Source: Nostoc sp. DedSLP01 (lineage in GTDB: Bacteria > Cyanobacteriota > Cyanobacteriia > Cyanobacteriales > Nostocaceae). Taken from it: a stretch of 54,846 nt of DNA. Below are positions 52,489 through 54,846 of this stretch, one piece after another. The stretch lies in the NCBI GenBank assembly GCA_034530875.2, contig JAVRCJ020000044.1, forward strand, positions 1 through 54,846, in the 5' to 3' direction. Within the stretch, counting starts at the first letter, position 1, and the number at the start of each line of letters is the position of its first letter. A model generated the notes under the pieces. The model worked only from the letters and a program-made list of their open reading frames with translations, had not been told where the DNA came from and ran no database searches. Made by a program: the position numbers and the translations under genes.

Positions 52489-53577
52489 ATGGCACGTTCG
52501 CAACAGCTAGAGCGCTTTGGGAATCACCTGATTATGGGTATTTCCGGTACTACGTTAAGTGATGAGGATAAACGCGCACTCAATCAATTAAAACCGATTG
52601 GAGTGATATTTTTTGCCAAGAATTTTCTGGATGGTACTCCATACCAAGTTTGGTTAGAAAGCTTCAAGGATTTAAACAACCAGATACGAGAATATACTGA
52701 ACGTAGCTCAATGTTTGTGACTTTAGATCATGAAGGAGGCCGCGTTATTCGTACACCGCTACCGATTACGCGATTTCCTTATGCGTTGTTGCTGCGATCG
52801 CACGCCTACGAAGTAGCAAAAGCAACAGCTGCTGAATTAAAATCGCTGGGAATAAATTTATCTTGGGCACCCATAGCAGATATTTTTTCCAATCCTAATA
52901 ATCCTGTAATTGCCTCTCGTGCCTTTGGTAGCACCCCGGAAACTGCTGCTCAAGATGCGCGTGAATACTATTTTGGACTTCGAGATTCCGGAATTATCGG
53001 ATGTGCCAAGCATTTCCCCGGACATGGAGACACTAGCCAAGATTCTCACATCGAGCTACCAATACTCAATTTAACCTTAGAAGACCTGCGACTTCGAGAA
53101 CTGATACCTTTCAAAACCCTCGTCGAAGTACAGATTCCTTTAATTATGACTGCTCATATCTTATTTCCGAAGATAGACTCTGATGTGCCAGCAACCCTTT
53201 CCCGTCCTATTCTCAAAAACATACTGAGGGAGGAACTTGGCTTTGAGGGAGTGGTTGTCTCTGACGACTTAGATATGAAAGCAATCTCAGATATGCTGAC
53301 TCAAACTGGTACTGTGGCGCGGTCATTTCATGCAGGCTGCGACCTATTTATTGTCTCCCGTAATATTAATTCCTCATCTATTGAAAGAACTTATCGCATT
53401 GCTGAAGATTTCGCCGATTCTCTGGGTAACGGTAGCTTAGATGAATCAGTTGTGGAAGCAGCAAGAGAAAGAATAGAGAAACTACTGGCAGTAACACCGC
53501 AATATACCATCCAGCCTTTGGATAAAGATGTATTATTGCAACATGCTCAACTGGCGATCGCCAGTTCCTATTCATAA
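52489..53577 (+). CDS. nagZ: Beta-N-acetylhexosaminidase (GH3)
   Basis: DHEGG, KHFPGHG...DSH and SDDLDM motifs. Confidence 0.92.
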   Translation: MARSQQLERFGNHLIMGISGTTLSDEDKRALNQLKPIGVIFFAKNFLDGTPYQVWLESFKDLNNQIREYTERSSMFVTLDHEGGRVIRTPLPITRFPYALLLRSHAYEVAKATAAELKSLGINLSWAPIADIFSNPNNPVIASRAFGSTPETAAQDAREYYFGLRDSGIIGCAKHFPGHGDTSQDSHIELPILNLTLEDLRLRELIPFKTLVEVQIPLIMTAHILFPKIDSDVPATLSRPILKNILREELGFEGVVVSDDLDMKAISDMLTQTGTVARSFHAGCDLFIVSRNINSSSIERTYRIAEDFADSLGNGSLDESVVEAARERIEKLLAVTPQYTIQPLDKDVLLQHAQLAIASSYS

Positions 53578-53671
53578 TCCAACGTGCATTCAAGTAGTAT
53601 ATTACCAATCGCCAAAAGGCTAGCTAGGATTGCATTTCTTAATTTTGAATTTTGAATTTTGAATTGTTTAG

Positions 53672-53742
53672 TGGGTGGTATAGGAGTCGAACCTATTTCT
53701 GCGGATTAAAAGCCCGCTGCACAGCCGGTATGCCAACCACCC
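53672..53742 (-). tRNA. trnK: tRNA-Lys(UUU), array member
   Basis: Acceptor GGGTGGT/ACCACCC, anticodon loop CTTTTAA, T-loop TTCGACT. Confidence 0.85.
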
Positions 53743-53818
53743 TAGTGAATTTGAAAAAGAAATGAGCAAGTGCGATCGTATTACATCGCAAATTTGTAAC
53801 ACAAACACTACATATTAA

Positions 53819-53890
53819 TCCACCAGGGAGGTACTGCCCCTCCTATTTCTGTGTTATCAGCACAGTGCCTCGCTTTTCGGCTTCAGGTGG
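53819..53890 (-). tRNA. trnI: tRNA-Ile(GAU), atypical T-loop
   Basis: Anticodon stem CTGTG/CACAG with loop CTGATAA; T-loop GGCAGTA; one U-U mismatch in the acceptor stem. Confidence 0.7.
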
Positions 53891-53895
53891 AAAAG

Positions 53896-53978
53896 TGGAA
53901 GATGGAGGAATCGAACCCCTACAGTTGCCCATACCCTGGTTTTCAAGACCAGTTGCCGTCCATTCAGCGGCATCTTCC
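53896..53978 (-). tRNA. trnS: tRNA-Ser(UGA), atypical fold
   Basis: Anticodon loop CTTGAAA, long variable arm, GGAAGATG/CATCTTCC acceptor. Confidence 0.75.
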
Positions 53979-53985
53979 ATTCAGG

Positions 53986-54060
53986 GGCGTCTGACGGGAC
54001 TCGAACCCGTTATGACTGGTTCCACAAACCAGCGCCTCGACCACTTTGGCTTCAGACACC
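53986..54060 (-). tRNA. trnH: tRNA-His(GUG)
   Basis: Encoded G-1:C73 pair, anticodon GTG. Confidence 0.88.
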
Positions 54061-54065
54061 ATCAG

Positions 54066-54139
54066 TGGAATCAATGGGACTTGAACCCATGACCTCCTGC
54101 TTGCAAGGCAGGCGCTCTAGCCAACTGAGCTATGACCCC
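54066..54139 (-). tRNA. trnA: tRNA-Ala(UGC)
   Basis: G3.U70 identity pair, anticodon TGC, A73. Confidence 0.92.
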
Positions 54140-54235
54140 ATCAAAAAAGTAAAAAGAGCAAAGTAAAAAGTAAAAACAAAGAGAAATAATTAAATTCATT
54201 CTTTTGATTTTTGACTTTTAACTTTTGACTTGTTT

Positions 54236-54312
54236 TGGTGGGAGTGGTAGGACTCGAACCCACAACTATCAAGGTAGAAACTCGAAGCTCTATTCCATTG
54301 AGCTACACTCCC
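54236..54312 (-). tRNA. trnR: tRNA-Arg(UCU), CCA encoded
   Basis: Cloverleaf, anticodon TCT, 3' ACCA. Confidence 0.9.
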
Positions 54313-54318
54313 AAGATT

Positions 54319-54394
54319 TGGTAGTCCTGGCAGGAATTGAACCCGCAACACCCTTCTTGTAAGGAAGACACTCTACCAATTGAGCTACAGGACT
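54319..54394 (-). tRNA. trnV: tRNA-Val(UAC), CCA encoded
   Basis: Cloverleaf, anticodon TAC, 3' ACCA. Confidence 0.9.
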
Positions 54395-54399
54395 ACGCA

Positions 54400-54471
54400 A
54401 GCGAGTGGAGGGACTTGAACCCACGCACTGAGTATGGCGTACTCAGATGCTACCAATTACATCACACCCGC
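54400..54471 (-). tRNA. trnG: tRNA-Gly(GCC), atypical or possibly decaying
   Basis: Acceptor GCGGGTG/CACTCGC, U73; loop ACGCCAT has C33; U-U mismatch in the T-stem. Confidence 0.7.
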
Positions 54472-54480
54472 AAGTTTTAG

Positions 54481-54551
54481 AGCGGACGGCGAGATTTGAA
54501 CTCGCACGAAGACGGTGGAAACGTCTCATGCTGCCGTTACATCACACCCGC
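54481..54551 (-). tRNA. trnG: tRNA-Gly(UCC)
   Basis: Cloverleaf, anticodon TCC, U73. Confidence 0.88.
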
Positions 54552-54555
54552 ATCA

Positions 54556-54628
54556 AGCTGGTAACAGGAATTGAACCTGCAACCTACTGATTACAAGTCA
54601 GTTGCTCTGCCTATTGAGCTACACCAGC
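54556..54628 (-). tRNA. trnT: tRNA-Thr(UGU)
   Basis: Canonical cloverleaf, anticodon TGT. Confidence 0.93.
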
Positions 54629-54846
54629 ACTAAGAATTTTGGATTTTGGATTTTAGATTGACACCATAGCTTTAAAAATATGAGTTTGAGTAAAGAATTG
54701 TAGATTTGGGATGAAAGGATCTATTCCACAAATAAAGCAAACTTGCTCTCACACCTTTTTAAATTTTCAGGCTGACGGGGTGACAAGGAGTCTGGAAGGA
54801 CTGGTATATCAAGATGTGACGATTGTACGGTAGAAAAAGATAGGTC

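Noticed and set aside
53896..53978. Selenocysteine tRNA (selC)
   Set aside because: Anticodon is UGA (Ser), not UCA, and no sel genes are in the window.
53865..54092. 75-aa ORF in the tRNA region
   Set aside because: Antisense to tRNA genes.
54629..54846. Possible IS end, CAST/Tn7 end or CRISPR leader upstream of tRNA-Thr
   Set aside because: Non-tRNA sequence cut by the window edge; no partner inverted repeat, repeat array or ORF is visible, so it is left unassigned.

Overview
Chromosomal segment of a heterocyst-forming (Nostocales-type) cyanobacterium, judged by the dense HIP1 octamers (GCGATCGC), heptamer STRR repeats and gene content. Housekeeping genes include the psbA 5' end, hrcA, cysE, nrdJ, rbp, ftsH, por, sdhA, natB, crtB/crtP and nagZ. 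Accessory genes include a P-loop ATPase + TPR pair, a Uma2 nuclease, a NACHT-pentapeptide-TPR protein and a copper-radical oxidase + Tat-protein pair. Non-coding highlights: (1) a 340-nt ORF-less group I intron splitting the catalytic NPCG|E motif of the B12-dependent ribonucleotide reductase; (2) a ~446-bp non-autonomous IS200/IS605 element that keeps both ends and an omegaRNA-like right end but no tnpA/tnpB; (3) a yybP-ykoY Mn2+ riboswitch with a visible terminator; (4) ten minus-strand tRNA genes of an L-array-type operon, several structurally atypical, plus tRNA-Ser(GCU); (5) several 21-nt SDR-like insertions in HIP1 sites and in frame within genes. The best candidate for an uncharacterised system is the ATPase/TPR pair, whose 120-bp near-identical repeats each carry a HIP1 site and vary at a few whole codons. 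Protein family calls are from motif recognition only; no database searches were run.
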